Source: Nanobdellati archaeon (GTDB lineage Archaea > Nanobdellota > Nanobdellia > Woesearchaeales > GCA-2686295). From it: a stretch of DNA of 64,000 bases. How positions within the stretch are numbered: position 1 is the first letter of the stretch; the number at the start of each line of letters is the position of its first letter. The stretch covers positions 36,262-100,261 of the forward strand of contig JACNFY010000019.1 in the NCBI GenBank assembly GCA_014384375.1, in the 5' to 3' direction. Below are positions 9,166 to 18,643 of the stretch, piece by piece. A program made the translations under genes and the position numbers. The notes below the pieces were generated by a model. It worked only from the letters and a program-made list of their open reading frames with translations. It had not been told where the DNA came from and ran no database searches.

Positions 9166-9169
9166 AAAA

Positions 9170-10429
9170 TTAATTGCCAGATATTACTATCTGGCCTTTG
9201 TAGCTTCCTGATGTTAATCCTTCGCTTGCACTCACTTTGAAATCTATGTCTTTGTTCTGTCCTCTTGAAAGCAGTATAACATCTTGATAGCTAGCTGTCA
9301 ACGTAGTGCTTGTGACAAAGTTGTCTGTTGAGTATTCTATGTTTTGCAATGTTATGCTCTTTGCTCCGTTCACAAGATTAGTTCCTTTAACCTTTAGTTG
9401 TATGTTGGTGTTTCCAAGGTTTCTCACAGTCACTGTTTTTACAGAGCTATTACCTGCACTCATTTCAAATCCTAGCTTTGTATCAGCACTCATAGCTGCT
9501 AAGCTCATGTATTCAAACTCTGTATTTTTTGAAAATTCTTCTCCATTGCTTGTTATGACAGCAGTCAGATTGTAGTTCTTTGCTTCTTCATAGTATTCCA
9601 TAGAAACATTTCCTCTGAAAAAAGCATGAGTTTCATTGCTACTAGTTTTCACTAAGCTGACTTCTTCGGAACCAACGACTACTTTTGCGCTTTCTATCTC
9701 GCTGCTGTTATCCTCATCAAAAGCTTCGACTAATACTTCAAATGTTTTTGTGTTGCCAGCAACTGGCTTTATTTGAACACCTTCTTTTGATGAGTTGTCA
9801 TCTGCTAATATCCTTACGCTTAACACTTCAGGGTCGTTATTTGTTATGTTGACCTCAACTTCTATCACTATCTCTAATGAATTGTTCTCTTTAGAGCTTT
9901 CGTTGGTATAGAATATAGGTGTTCTTCCAACAAAATCTGCAGAGTTATTGTTTGTATCGACTATTCTTCGTAGACTTTGTCCTTCACTAACTCCTTGATG
10001 AGGAGTTCCTTCATAGAATTCAGCACCAATAGTTGCTGGGTCGCCCCAACCAATAGCATCGACTCTTGTTATACCATTCATCAATGTAACACCTGCATTA
10101 GTGTTAGATAGAGTTATGGCTTCTTCATAGTCTGCATCTGGCCAGGAGGAATTGTCCTTGTTTAGGCTGAAGTCATTGTCAGCTATCAACAAGTATCCTC
10201 CTGCCGAGATAGAGGTGTTAGGGGGGAGAACAGCATCTGTAAGAGAGGCTTTTGTGGCTAGTATCCATCCAGAAACATCCACTGCTTCACTACCATTATT
10301 GTAAAGCAGAACAGCTTCTCCGCCGTTTTCAGTGTTTATAGGGTTGTAAAGAACCTCTGAAATCATAACACTTGCAAAAACAGGTTGAGAAAACAACAGT
10401 AAAGCAAGCAGGACTATTTTCTTTTTCAT
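9170..10429 (-). CDS. Secreted lamin-tail-domain (LTD) protein with Ig-like repeats
   Basis: A signal peptide MKKKIVLLALLLFSQPVFA is followed by the LTD signature ISEVLYNPINTENGGEAVLLYNNGSEAVDVSGWIL...AGGYLLIAD. The rest is rich in N-x-S/T and beta-strand sequence. I chose the second ATG (10429) because GAGGGTGA lies 6 nt upstream; the track ORF starts at 10444. Confidence 0.65.
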   Translation of the reverse strand: MKKKIVLLALLLFSQPVFASVMISEVLYNPINTENGGEAVLLYNNGSEAVDVSGWILATKASLTDAVLPPNTSISAGGYLLIADNDFSLNKDNSSWPDADYEEAITLSNTNAGVTLMNGITRVDAIGWGDPATIGAEFYEGTPHQGVSEGQSLRRIVDTNNNSADFVGRTPIFYTNESSKENNSLEIVIEVEVNITNNDPEVLSVRILADDNSSKEGVQIKPVAGNTKTFEVLVEAFDEDNSSEIESAKVVVGSEEVSLVKTSSNETHAFFRGNVSMEYYEEAKNYNLTAVITSNGEEFSKNTEFEYMSLAAMSADTKLGFEMSAGNSSVKTVTVRNLGNTNIQLKVKGTNLVNGAKSITLQNIEYSTDNFVTSTTLTASYQDVILLSRGQNKDIDFKVSASEGLTSGSYKGQIVISGN

Positions 10430-10533
10430 AGCTATCACCCTCATATCCTGCCAACCGAAACCTTTTTTATTGGAATGTTCTGCTTAATAAGTGTTACGCA
10501 AGATTTTTCGGAAATATTTCAGAGATTTCGAAA

Positions 10534-11154
10534 ATGAAAACTTCAGAAAAAACATTTTTTACATTGGCAGTAGTCTTTCTAATAGCTGTAATAATCATTG
10601 CTCCACTAAGATTCTTTGTTTTCAATGAGAGCTATTATTATTCTCAGTTTGATAAAAACAATGTCAACGTTGATGAGCAAGAAGAAATCCTTGACAATCT
10701 CTTGTTGTTCTTCAAAGGAGAAGAAAGTCTTGCTTACTTCACAGAGGAAGAACAGTCACACTTAGAGGATGTGAAGGCTTTATTGAATAAATTCTTTTTT
10801 TCTTTATATATTTCTGTATTGCTTTTTTTTATTTCTATAATTATTTTATTCTTTATTAATAAGAAACAATTCAAGGATTATATACCTAAAATAGTGTTTC
10901 TTTCAGGACTTGTTTCTTTTACAATAATAGTGTTATTTTTCTTAGCTTCTCTGAATTTTTCTATGACATTTAAAGGATTCCACAAATTATTCTTCTCCCA
11001 AGGAAATTATCTTTTTCCAGAAAGTTCTTTGTTAATAACTCTTTTTCCAGCAGCTTTTTTCAAATCTTTCTTTCTAAGACTGATGTTGAGTTCTTTTCTA
11101 TTGTCAATAATAGCTATGGCTCTGCAGCTAATTCTTAATAAGATGAAGAAATAG
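10534..11154 (+). CDS. Integral membrane protein, DUF1461/TIGR01906-like
   Basis: An N-terminal TM helix is followed by YYYSQFDKNNV...ILDNLLLFFKGEE...FTEEEQSHLEDVKALL and three more TM helices. This pattern recalls the DUF1461 (Lit-like) family. Confidence 0.45.
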   Translation: MKTSEKTFFTLAVVFLIAVIIIAPLRFFVFNESYYYSQFDKNNVNVDEQEEILDNLLLFFKGEESLAYFTEEEQSHLEDVKALLNKFFFSLYISVLLFFISIIILFFINKKQFKDYIPKIVFLSGLVSFTIIVLFFLASLNFSMTFKGFHKLFFSQGNYLFPESSLLITLFPAAFFKSFFLRLMLSSFLLSIIAMALQLILNKMKK

Positions 11155-11156
11155 CT

Positions 11157-11717
11157 CTATGCTCTCCCTCTACTTTCACCATCTACTATGCCAGAAGCTG
11201 TTAGATGAGCAATTCTTAGAGCTTCTGGAACATAAGAGCGAGTGCAGGCAATTCTAAGAATCTCTTTTGCATCCTCCAAAGACGTATTTACATACTGCAC
11301 GTATACCTTATTAATCTTTACAGGCTTATCAAGCTCATCAATTATTTGCTTGTGCTTGTTCTTGCCAGCTTTTTCCATTGCTTCGAAGAACTTCTTATAA
11401 TCAGGATAATCTCTAATTATGTTAATAACTGGTAAATCTGTCTTTTTAGAGAGTTTCTTAATATCAATAATGTTGAAACCACCGACTGCTACACCATCAG
11501 TGAAAATTACTTGGAGTTGCGGTTTGAACTTACAATTGTTAATCATTTTTATTATTTTATCAGTTGAGTCATCACCATCCTGCTCCACATAGCAAGAAAC
11601 CAATCCATCCATGAAGTCACCGCCTCTGAAAATAGTGCCCACAACAAGAACTTTTCCCTTTTTTCCTTTTACAAAAGGGCCGTCATCAATGCCGATGACT
11701 CTTATCTGGTCTTTCAT
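11157..11717 (-). CDS. UPF0215/DUF99 family protein (endonuclease V-like fold)
   Basis: The sequence IRVIGIDDGPF...VLVVGTIFRGGDFMDGL...QVIFTDGVAVGGFNIIDIKKLSKKTDLPVI matches the conserved archaeal DUF99 pattern. Confidence 0.6.
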   Translation of the reverse strand: MKDQIRVIGIDDGPFVKGKKGKVLVVGTIFRGGDFMDGLVSCYVEQDGDDSTDKIIKMINNCKFKPQLQVIFTDGVAVGGFNIIDIKKLSKKTDLPVINIIRDYPDYKKFFEAMEKAGKNKHKQIIDELDKPVKINKVYVQYVNTSLEDAKEILRIACTRSYVPEALRIAHLTASGIVDGESRGRA

Positions 11718-11780
11718 GTTTTTGCTAACACCTTAAGATTTTTAAAGGTTTATCAATTTTAGATATTGAGGTGGTTTTAA

Positions 11781-12335
11781 ATGGTTTTAACAGGATCAAA
11801 CTATGAAGCTCTAAAAACAGGGAACTCAGCTCCTAATTTTTCTCTGCCAGCAACAGATGGTAAAACATACTCTCTTGAAGACTTTAAGAGAGCGAAGGCA
11901 TTGCTTGTTGTTTTTATGTGTAATCATTGTCCATATGTCATTCCAAAGATTGCTGAGCTAAAGAGGATAACTGCAGATTACAAGGACAAGGGATTGGTTG
12001 TTGTTGGAATAAACCCTAATGAAGACAAGAATTATCCTGAAGACAGCTTTGAGAATATGCAACGAATAGTTGAAAAAGAGAATATCAACTTTGTCTATTT
12101 AAGAGATGAAAGTCAAGAAGTAGCAAAGGCTTACGGAGCAGTATGCACCCCTGATCCTTTCTTATTCGATGAGAATTTCAAGCTGGTATTTCATAGCAGG
12201 ATTGATGACACTCACGGAGACGAACCAGCTAATAGGCATGAATTGTATAAAGCAATAGGTGAGTTCTTAGAAAAAGAGGATATAACACTTGAAGAACAAC
12301 CATCAACGGGATGTAGCATCAAGTGGTTATATTAA
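11781..12335 (+). CDS. Thioredoxin-fold protein (AhpC/TSA-redoxin family)
   Basis: Contains APNFSLPATDGKTYSLEDFKRAKALLVVFMCNHCPYV, a redoxin-type CxxC motif and layout. Confidence 0.7.
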   Translation: MVLTGSNYEALKTGNSAPNFSLPATDGKTYSLEDFKRAKALLVVFMCNHCPYVIPKIAELKRITADYKDKGLVVVGINPNEDKNYPEDSFENMQRIVEKENINFVYLRDESQEVAKAYGAVCTPDPFLFDENFKLVFHSRIDDTHGDEPANRHELYKAIGEFLEKEDITLEEQPSTGCSIKWLY

Positions 12336-12563
12336 CTATCTAGCAACAATAAGCGTGCTTGTAATCTTGACGTCGGGCATGGACCTTATATTCTCCATGA
12401 CAAATGTTCCTGCGTCCTCAGGAGTCTTAGCTTGGATCTTTGCAAGTATGTCCCACTCTCCAAATAGAATGTGTGCTTCGACAACTTCTTTATTGGACAA
12501 TAGTTTATCTAAACATTCTTGTTCATCACATTCAAGCAATCCAACCAATACATATGCTAACAT
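12336..12563 (-). CDS. Stand-alone Lrp/AsnC ligand-binding (RAM) domain protein
   Basis: The 75-aa sequence is MLAYVLVGLLECD...VVEAHILFGEWDILAKIQAKTPEDAGTFVMENIRSMPDVKITSTLIVA. This is the typical AsnC_trans_reg beta-alpha-beta-beta-alpha-beta pattern without an HTH. Confidence 0.6.
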   Translation of the reverse strand: MLAYVLVGLLECDEQECLDKLLSNKEVVEAHILFGEWDILAKIQAKTPEDAGTFVMENIRSMPDVKITSTLIVAR

Positions 12564-12617
12564 TTTATCAACCCCCAGAGCTATTTGTAAATGACACTTG
12601 TTTTAAAATCTTTTGTT

Positions 12618-13382
12618 TTAATTCTTGATTTTTCTGGCAAAAGTGAGAAAACCAGTATGACCAATATCCTTCATTCTCGGTCTAAGAACCTTTTCCTTCA
12701 CAGCCCATTCTCGTTCGATAACTTCAATTGTTCTTTCATAGAGAAATTTATCTGTTAAAGCTTTCACAAATCTTTCAACCTGGTTTATATTAGGGCTATA
12801 AGAGACAAGAAATCCACCAAGTTTCAAAACTTTCTCAGCTGTATTCACTGCTTTCCAAGGCTCTGTTACGTCAAGAATGAATATGTTAATGTTTTTTTCT
12901 TTTATATTTTTATTATTAAATATATCTCTTTTTTTTAGTTCTATATTTTTTATATTCAAAGTTTTTATATTTTTCTTAGCAATTTCAAGATGTTTGTCGT
13001 TTATATCATAGCTGATAACTTTTTTCACAATCATCGCAAGAAAACAAGCTAATCCACCAGAGCCAGTTCCAGCATCTAAAACTATTGAATCCTTGTTAAT
13101 GCCAGTGTTTGCTATGATTGCTCCGATGTCTTTCAAGGTTATTATCTGAGCTAATCTCTTGATTTGCTTGTAATAATCTATGAATGATGGTTCTAACACA
13201 AAGAACTCTTCCTTGCCAACTTTGACAGAGCTTTTCTTCAAATTATTTTTCTTTATCACTCCAAATTGTGTGTTGAAATCCTTGTCGTCATTAATCAAGT
13301 GTTTTTCAAATCTGGAAATAACTATCTTCCTCCCTTCAGCATCGACTTTTCTCTCTTTCTTGATTAGAAGTTTCTTTCCCAT
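12618..13382 (-). CDS. trmI: tRNA (adenine-N1)-methyltransferase, TrmI/Gcd14 family
   Basis: Contains PSFIDYYKQIKRLAQIITLKDIGAIIANTGI, the SAM motif LDAGTGSGGLACFLA, and the C-terminal RPRMKDIGHTGFLTFARK. Confidence 0.7.
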   Translation of the reverse strand: MGKKLLIKKERKVDAEGRKIVISRFEKHLINDDKDFNTQFGVIKKNNLKKSSVKVGKEEFFVLEPSFIDYYKQIKRLAQIITLKDIGAIIANTGINKDSIVLDAGTGSGGLACFLAMIVKKVISYDINDKHLEIAKKNIKTLNIKNIELKKRDIFNNKNIKEKNINIFILDVTEPWKAVNTAEKVLKLGGFLVSYSPNINQVERFVKALTDKFLYERTIEVIEREWAVKEKVLRPRMKDIGHTGFLTFARKIKN

Positions 13383-13391
13383 TTTAAATAG

Positions 13392-13464
13392 AGCAGGAGG
13401 GGGGATTCGAACCCCCGATCTAGTGCTCTGCAGGCACTCGCCTTAGCCGCTTGGCCACCCCTGC
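13392..13464 (-). tRNA. tRNA-Cys (GCA)
   Basis: The reverse complement folds as a cloverleaf: acceptor GCAGGGG/CTCCTGC, anticodon stem AGTGC/GCACT with loop CTGCAGA, T arm GGGGG-TTCGAAT-CCCCC, discriminator T. It is 73 nt with no encoded CCA. Confidence 0.9.
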
Positions 13465-13513
13465 ATCTGGAAAAATAAAACTAGTGCGTTTTATAAATCT
13501 TATTAGGAAAAAG

Positions 13514-13669
13514 TGGACCTGGAGGGATTCGAACCCCCGATCTACAGCTTAGAAGGCTGTCGCCTTATTTGTCCAAGGTTTTTCCTTTTTTCCCGTGGGG
13601 CTAAGCTTTAGCGCATGCCGCACTTCGGGATTAAGGAACGAAACCCTTGCCAGACTAGGCTACAGGTCC
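13514..13669 (-). tRNA. tRNA-Arg (TCT) interrupted by an 82-nt intervening sequence in the D-arm/anticodon-stem junction
   Basis: Exon 1 (13669-13645) reads GGACCTG TA GCCT AGTCTGGCA AGG. Exon 2 (13562-13514) reads CG ACAGC CTTCTAA GCTGT AGATC GGGGG TTCGAAT CCCTC CAGGTCC A. Joined, they give a perfect 74-nt cloverleaf. The junction is ambiguous within a duplicated AAGG. Confidence 0.75.
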
Positions 13670-13754
13670 ATGCTTAGCTTGTAGTTATTCTTGCTTTTAA
13701 AATCTTTCCTCTTAATAACTTTTATAAATGATTTATATCTTCTAAAGCTTTAAG

Positions 13755-16178
13755 ATGGGAGACCCCAGATTGAAGGGTAAGCATTGGAGTAAGGAGTTCG
13801 AGAAACCGCTTTATGAGAAGTGGAAGAAAGAAAATATTTATGCTTTTGATAAAAAGAGCAAGAGGAAGATATATTCGATAGACACTCCTCCTCCGTATGT
13901 TAACACACCAGTTCATATTGGTCAAGCAACTACTTATGTGCTAATGGATTTCTTTGCTCGTTTCCGAAGGATGATTGGTCGGAATGTTCTCTTCCCTTTA
14001 GGTCTTGACAGGAATGGTTTGCCAATTGAGATGGCTGCTGAGAAGAAATTCAACGTCAAATTAACTTCTTTACCTAGGAAAAAGGCGATAGAGTACTGTG
14101 AGAAGATTCTTGAGGAGAGCTCCTTGGCGTCTACAGAGACTTTTCTAAAATCAGGTATTAGCTTCAACTCTTGGAAGCTTGGTAATGAACCTGGTGATGT
14201 TTATCACACTGACTCTCCAGAGTATCGTTCTCTCACCCAAGAAACTTTTATAGATATGTGGAACAAAGGATTGATTTATGAAGACGATAGAGCTAATAAT
14301 TGGTGTCCTGGTTGTCAGACAACGATTGCCGATGCAGAGATTGAATACAAAGACTTGTCTGCTTTTTTTAATGATGTTAAGTTCAAGATTAAAGAGACTG
14401 GTGAGGAGATAATCATAGCCACCACCAGACCTGAATTGATATGCACTTGTGGCATGGTTATTTTTAATCCTAAGGATAAGAGGTATAAACACTTAGATGG
14501 AAAGACAGCTATAACTCCAATATATGAAAAAGAGGTGCCTATAAAGGCTCATCCTGCTGCTGAGATGGAGAAGGGAACAGGGATAATGATGATGTGCTCC
14601 TTTGGAGACGTTACTGATATAAGATTTTTCAGAGAGCAGGGCTTAGAGCCAGTTATAGCTATCAATAAAGATGGAACTATGAATAAGCATGCTGGTTTCT
14701 TGAAAGGTATCAATGCAAGAGAAGCCCAGAAGAAGATAGTAATGGAGTTATATAACAAAGGATTGCTTGTAAAGCAGAAAAAACTTGTTCACAGAACTCC
14801 TGTGTGTGAGAGAAGCAAAGATTCGATAGAGTTCATTAATATGAAGGAGTTCTATGTTAAGCAAGTTAAGTTCAAGGATAAGATGAGAGAGCTAACTAAG
14901 AAAATGAATTTCTACGCTCCAAGGAGTAGACAGATAATGCTTGATTGGATAGACTCTGTTAATATTGACTGGCCTGTCTCTAGAAGGAGGTATTACGCAA
15001 CAGAAATTCCTTTATGGTATGATGTGAGGAATGATTATACTGTTTTGCCTCCAAAAGGAAAGTATTATAGACCTTGGAAAGAGCGACCACCACAAGATTC
15101 TGTAGTCTTTGATAAGAAGAAAAAGAAGATAGGCCTGGTGAAAGAATTTCCTAAAAGTGACTGGGTTGGTGAAACTCGTGTCTTTGACACATGGTTTGAC
15201 TCGTCTATAACTCCTCTTTACATTCTTCGCTATTCAAGAGATGAAGCTTTCTTCAAAAGAGCTCATCCATGCTCATTGAGACCACAAGGAAAAGAGATTA
15301 TCAGAACATGGCTTTACTACACGGTTTTAAAGGATTACTTGTTGACAAGAAAACTAATATTTGAAGACGCTTGGATTAATTATCACATAGTTGATGAAAA
15401 AGGTCATAAGATGAGTAAGAGCAGGGAAAATGTTATTGATCCTCAAGATGTTATAAATAAGTTTGGCGCTGAGCCTTTCAGACTTTGGAGCGCTGTTGAG
15501 GGTAATCTTGACAGAACTGATTTTAGATGCTCATTTGATAGAATTAAAGGCGCTGTCAAAACTTTGACAAAACTTTGGAATGTTGCTCGCTTCATAAGCA
15601 TGTTCCCTAAGCCAAAAGGAAAGTATGAGTTATTAGAAGTTGACAAGTGGATAATTCATGAAGTAAATAAGCTGGTGAAACTGGCTAGAAAGAAGTATGA
15701 GGTTTATGACTTCCACAACCCTGCTATCAAGATAAAGCATCTTATATGGGAAGACTTTGCATCACATTACTTAGAGCTTGTTAAGAGCAGGGCTTACAAT
15801 CAAGATAATGCTTTTTCAAAAGAGGAGCAAAACGGAGCCTTGTTCACATTGAATTACTGTTTGGATACAATCTTGAAATTACTGGCACCATTAGTTCCAT
15901 TTATCACTTATAGGATTTACAAAGACTTAAGGAATAAAGATGTTCACTTCGAATCATTCCCTGAAGTTGAGCATGATTACAAGCCAAAGTTCTCCACAGA
16001 TGATGTTGTCTCTGTGAATGGCGCTATTTGGAAGTATAAGAAAGATAAGAATATGAGTTTAAGAGATGGGTTGAAAGAAGTGACTCTGCCTGAAAAGGTG
16101 AAATCCTTAGAGAAAGATTTGAAGGCCATGCATAATATAAAGAATGTTAAGTATGGTAAGAAGGTTAAAATTTCTTAG
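13755..16178 (+). CDS. valS: Valyl-tRNA synthetase
   Basis: A class Ia layout with DTPPPYVNTPVHIGQ (HIGH region), PLGLDRNGLPIE, the CP1 editing motif IIATTRPELICTCGMVIFNP and KMSKS (GHKMSKSRENVIDP). The 807-aa length and TTRPE motif favour ValRS over IleRS or LeuRS. Confidence 0.8.
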   Translation: MGDPRLKGKHWSKEFEKPLYEKWKKENIYAFDKKSKRKIYSIDTPPPYVNTPVHIGQATTYVLMDFFARFRRMIGRNVLFPLGLDRNGLPIEMAAEKKFNVKLTSLPRKKAIEYCEKILEESSLASTETFLKSGISFNSWKLGNEPGDVYHTDSPEYRSLTQETFIDMWNKGLIYEDDRANNWCPGCQTTIADAEIEYKDLSAFFNDVKFKIKETGEEIIIATTRPELICTCGMVIFNPKDKRYKHLDGKTAITPIYEKEVPIKAHPAAEMEKGTGIMMMCSFGDVTDIRFFREQGLEPVIAINKDGTMNKHAGFLKGINAREAQKKIVMELYNKGLLVKQKKLVHRTPVCERSKDSIEFINMKEFYVKQVKFKDKMRELTKKMNFYAPRSRQIMLDWIDSVNIDWPVSRRRYYATEIPLWYDVRNDYTVLPPKGKYYRPWKERPPQDSVVFDKKKKKIGLVKEFPKSDWVGETRVFDTWFDSSITPLYILRYSRDEAFFKRAHPCSLRPQGKEIIRTWLYYTVLKDYLLTRKLIFEDAWINYHIVDEKGHKMSKSRENVIDPQDVINKFGAEPFRLWSAVEGNLDRTDFRCSFDRIKGAVKTLTKLWNVARFISMFPKPKGKYELLEVDKWIIHEVNKLVKLARKKYEVYDFHNPAIKIKHLIWEDFASHYLELVKSRAYNQDNAFSKEEQNGALFTLNYCLDTILKLLAPLVPFITYRIYKDLRNKDVHFESFPEVEHDYKPKFSTDDVVSVNGAIWKYKKDKNMSLRDGLKEVTLPEKVKSLEKDLKAMHNIKNVKYGKKVKIS

Positions 16179-17545
16179 AGTTTCTTCACAACAGGTCCTT
16201 GTGCTGTGTCGTCAACATAGTATCCTTTCTTCTTTAGTTCTGCTCTTACCTTGTCTGCCTCTGCAAAGTTCTTCTCTTTCCTGTACTGTTCTCTTTCCTC
16301 GACTAACTTCATTATGCTTGGAGGAACTTTCTCTTTTTCAAATGTCATGAATCCAAGAACTGAATTTATTTTTTTCAAGAATTCAATAATTTCTTCTCCA
16401 TTCTTCTTGCTTATCTCTAACTTGTTAACATCTCTGATGAAATCATACAATGCAGCTATTGCTTGGGGTATGTCGAAGTCATCATCCATGTGCTTTTCAA
16501 ATTTATCACTGGTCTTCTTGATTAACTCTCTGACTTTCTTATTATCCTTGCCATCAGCTCTAGACACTTTTCTTATGAACTCGTTAATTCTTTCCAAGGC
16601 GTTCTTTGCTTGGTTAACGTTTTTCTCTGAGTATTCAATAGGTGTTCTGTAATGTGTTGAGGCATAGAAAAATCTTAATACTTTGGTGTTCCACTTTGAA
16701 AGCGCCTCTCTTATTGTTAAGAAGTTTCCAAGAGATTTTGCCATCTTCTCTTTTTCTATGTTTAAGAAAGCTGTGTGGAGCCAGTATTTGACAAGTGGTT
16801 TTTTCCCAGAGGATGCTTCCATCTGAGCAATCTCTGACTCATGATGTGGAAATATGAGGTCAACAGCTCCTCCGTGCAAGTCATACTGTGATCCGAAGAA
16901 CGTTTCTGTTATTGCGGTATCTTCAATATGCCATCCAGGTCTCCCTTTCTCCCACGGGCTGCTCCAGTAGGGCTCTTTTGGTTTTTGTTTTTTCCATAAT
17001 GAGAAGTCAGAGGGGTTCTTTTTATCCTCGTTCACAGCCACTCTAGCTCCTTCCTTTATCTTATCCAACGGTTGATGTGATAGTTTGCCATATTCTTTGA
17101 ACTTATCAATCTCGAAATACACACCATCACTTGTTTCATAGGCATATCCTTTTTCAAACAGGGTTTTTATTTGTTTAACAATTTGCTTAATATGATCAGT
17201 TGCTCTGGCATATTTGTCGACACTATCAATGCCAAGTGCTTCTACATCCTTATAGTATTCCTCTTCAAACCTCTTTGCCACTCTCTCTGCTTTCTGGCTC
17301 TGTTCATTAGCTCTCTTTATTATCTTGTCATCTATGTCTGTTATGTTTTGCAAGTAAAAAACATCGTACCCTCTGTATCTAAGATACTTTGCTATAACAT
17401 CAAACTGCACATAGGTTTTTGCATGGCCAATATGACTATAGTCATAAACTGTTGGTCCACACACAAACATGTTTACATTCTTACCTTTTAATGGTTCGAA
17501 GACTTCTTTCTTTCTTGTTAGTGTGTTGAAAACTTTCAGAGTCAT
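16175..17545 (-). CDS. cysS: Cysteinyl-tRNA synthetase
   Basis: Contains MFVCGPTVYDYSHIGHAKTY (HIGH), GWHIEDTAI and KMAKSLGN (KMSKS variant). It overlaps valS convergently by 4 nt. Confidence 0.92.
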   Translation of the reverse strand: MTLKVFNTLTRKKEVFEPLKGKNVNMFVCGPTVYDYSHIGHAKTYVQFDVIAKYLRYRGYDVFYLQNITDIDDKIIKRANEQSQKAERVAKRFEEEYYKDVEALGIDSVDKYARATDHIKQIVKQIKTLFEKGYAYETSDGVYFEIDKFKEYGKLSHQPLDKIKEGARVAVNEDKKNPSDFSLWKKQKPKEPYWSSPWEKGRPGWHIEDTAITETFFGSQYDLHGGAVDLIFPHHESEIAQMEASSGKKPLVKYWLHTAFLNIEKEKMAKSLGNFLTIREALSKWNTKVLRFFYASTHYRTPIEYSEKNVNQAKNALERINEFIRKVSRADGKDNKKVRELIKKTSDKFEKHMDDDFDIPQAIAALYDFIRDVNKLEISKKNGEEIIEFLKKINSVLGFMTFEKEKVPPSIMKLVEEREQYRKEKNFAEADKVRAELKKKGYYVDDTAQGPVVKKL

Positions 17546-17641
17546 TCTAGCTATTGTTTTTCTTTACGGTTTTTATATTTTTGCAAAACAAATGAAATAT
17601 TATTCGCAATATTTATAAATAATCAATTCGTTTAGGAATCC

Positions 17642-18643
17642 ATGAAAGAGTCTAGGGTTGCTAAGTATTTTCTTGTTGCTCTATTACTTGTTTTTTTGTA
17701 TCTAGCGGTCCTTACTGTTATGCCTGTCATAAAGAGTATTATACTGGCACTTGTGTTGTCATTCGCTTTCTATCCCTTCTACAAGCTTATTAACAGGTAT
17801 GTCAAGTCTAAGGGCTTTAGTGCTGCCATAATGATTATCCTGATAATCTTGTTGATAATTATTCCAGGTGCTTTAATTGTCAATTCTTTGATAAAACAAA
17901 CATATTCAACTTATACATTGGTTCAAAACTTTGATTTCAGCTCTCTTAATAGGTTTGTGCCAGATTTTTTATCAGAGACTGTTGATGCTAACATATACAT
18001 TGAAGACGTAATTTTCAAAGTAAGAAACTTTATCATAAACTACACACCTGACCTTATAGGCTCGATAGCAGAGATAATGCTTGGATTGTTCATAATGTTT
18101 TTTGTAATGTTCTACGCTTTTAGAGATGGTGATAAATGGGTTTCAGAAATAGGGAAAAAGCTTCCGATGAAGAGAGAATACACCAGCAAATTATTGTCAA
18201 ACACTGAGAAAGTTACAGGAGGAGTTTTATATGGCTATGTGTTGACTGCTGTTATACAAGGATTCCTTGGAGGATTGATATTCTTCATACTTGGGATTTC
18301 AAACCCTATCTTTTGGGGTTTTGTAATGGCGATACTGGCCGCTATCCCTTTTTTAGGAACACCTATAATATGGGTTCCTGCATCTTTGATTGAGTTGTTT
18401 ACAGGACATTATGTGAAAGGAATTATTCTGCTAATATTCGGATTCTTTATATTGATAAACATAGATAATATTATAAGACCGAAACTTATAGGTAGCAGAG
18501 CAAAGGTTCACCCTGCAATAATACTGATTGGTGTTATTGGTGGATTGGGAGTGTTTGGGTTTACTGGAATAATACTTGGACCATTAATCTTAACATTGTT
18601 AATTGTTATCGTGAAATTCTTTGCGTTAGAATTCGAGCATTAA
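17642..18643 (+). CDS. AI-2E family transporter (UPF0118/PerM)
   Basis: About 8 TM helices, with FRDGDKW...GGVLYGYVLTAVIQGFLGGL and IPFLGTPIIWVPA, as is typical of PerM/AI-2E proteins. Confidence 0.8.
   Translation: MKESRVAKYFLVALLLVFLYLAVLTVMPVIKSIILALVLSFAFYPFYKLINRYVKSKGFSAAIMIILIILLIIIPGALIVNSLIKQTYSTYTLVQNFDFSSLNRFVPDFLSETVDANIYIEDVIFKVRNFIINYTPDLIGSIAEIMLGLFIMFFVMFYAFRDGDKWVSEIGKKLPMKREYTSKLLSNTEKVTGGVLYGYVLTAVIQGFLGGLIFFILGISNPIFWGFVMAILAAIPFLGTPIIWVPASLIELFTGHYVKGIILLIFGFFILINIDNIIRPKLIGSRAKVHPAIILIGVIGGLGVFGFTGIILGPLILTLLIVIVKFFALEFEH

Noticed and set aside
12289-12628. Two + strand ORFs (101 and 62 aa) opposite the AsnC-like gene.
   Set aside because: They are antisense to a recognisable RAM-domain gene and to the 3' end of trmI, and have no motifs.
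13180-13446. An 88-aa + strand ORF running from inside trmI across tRNA-Cys.
   Set aside because: It is antisense to trmI and reads through a tRNA gene, so it is spurious.
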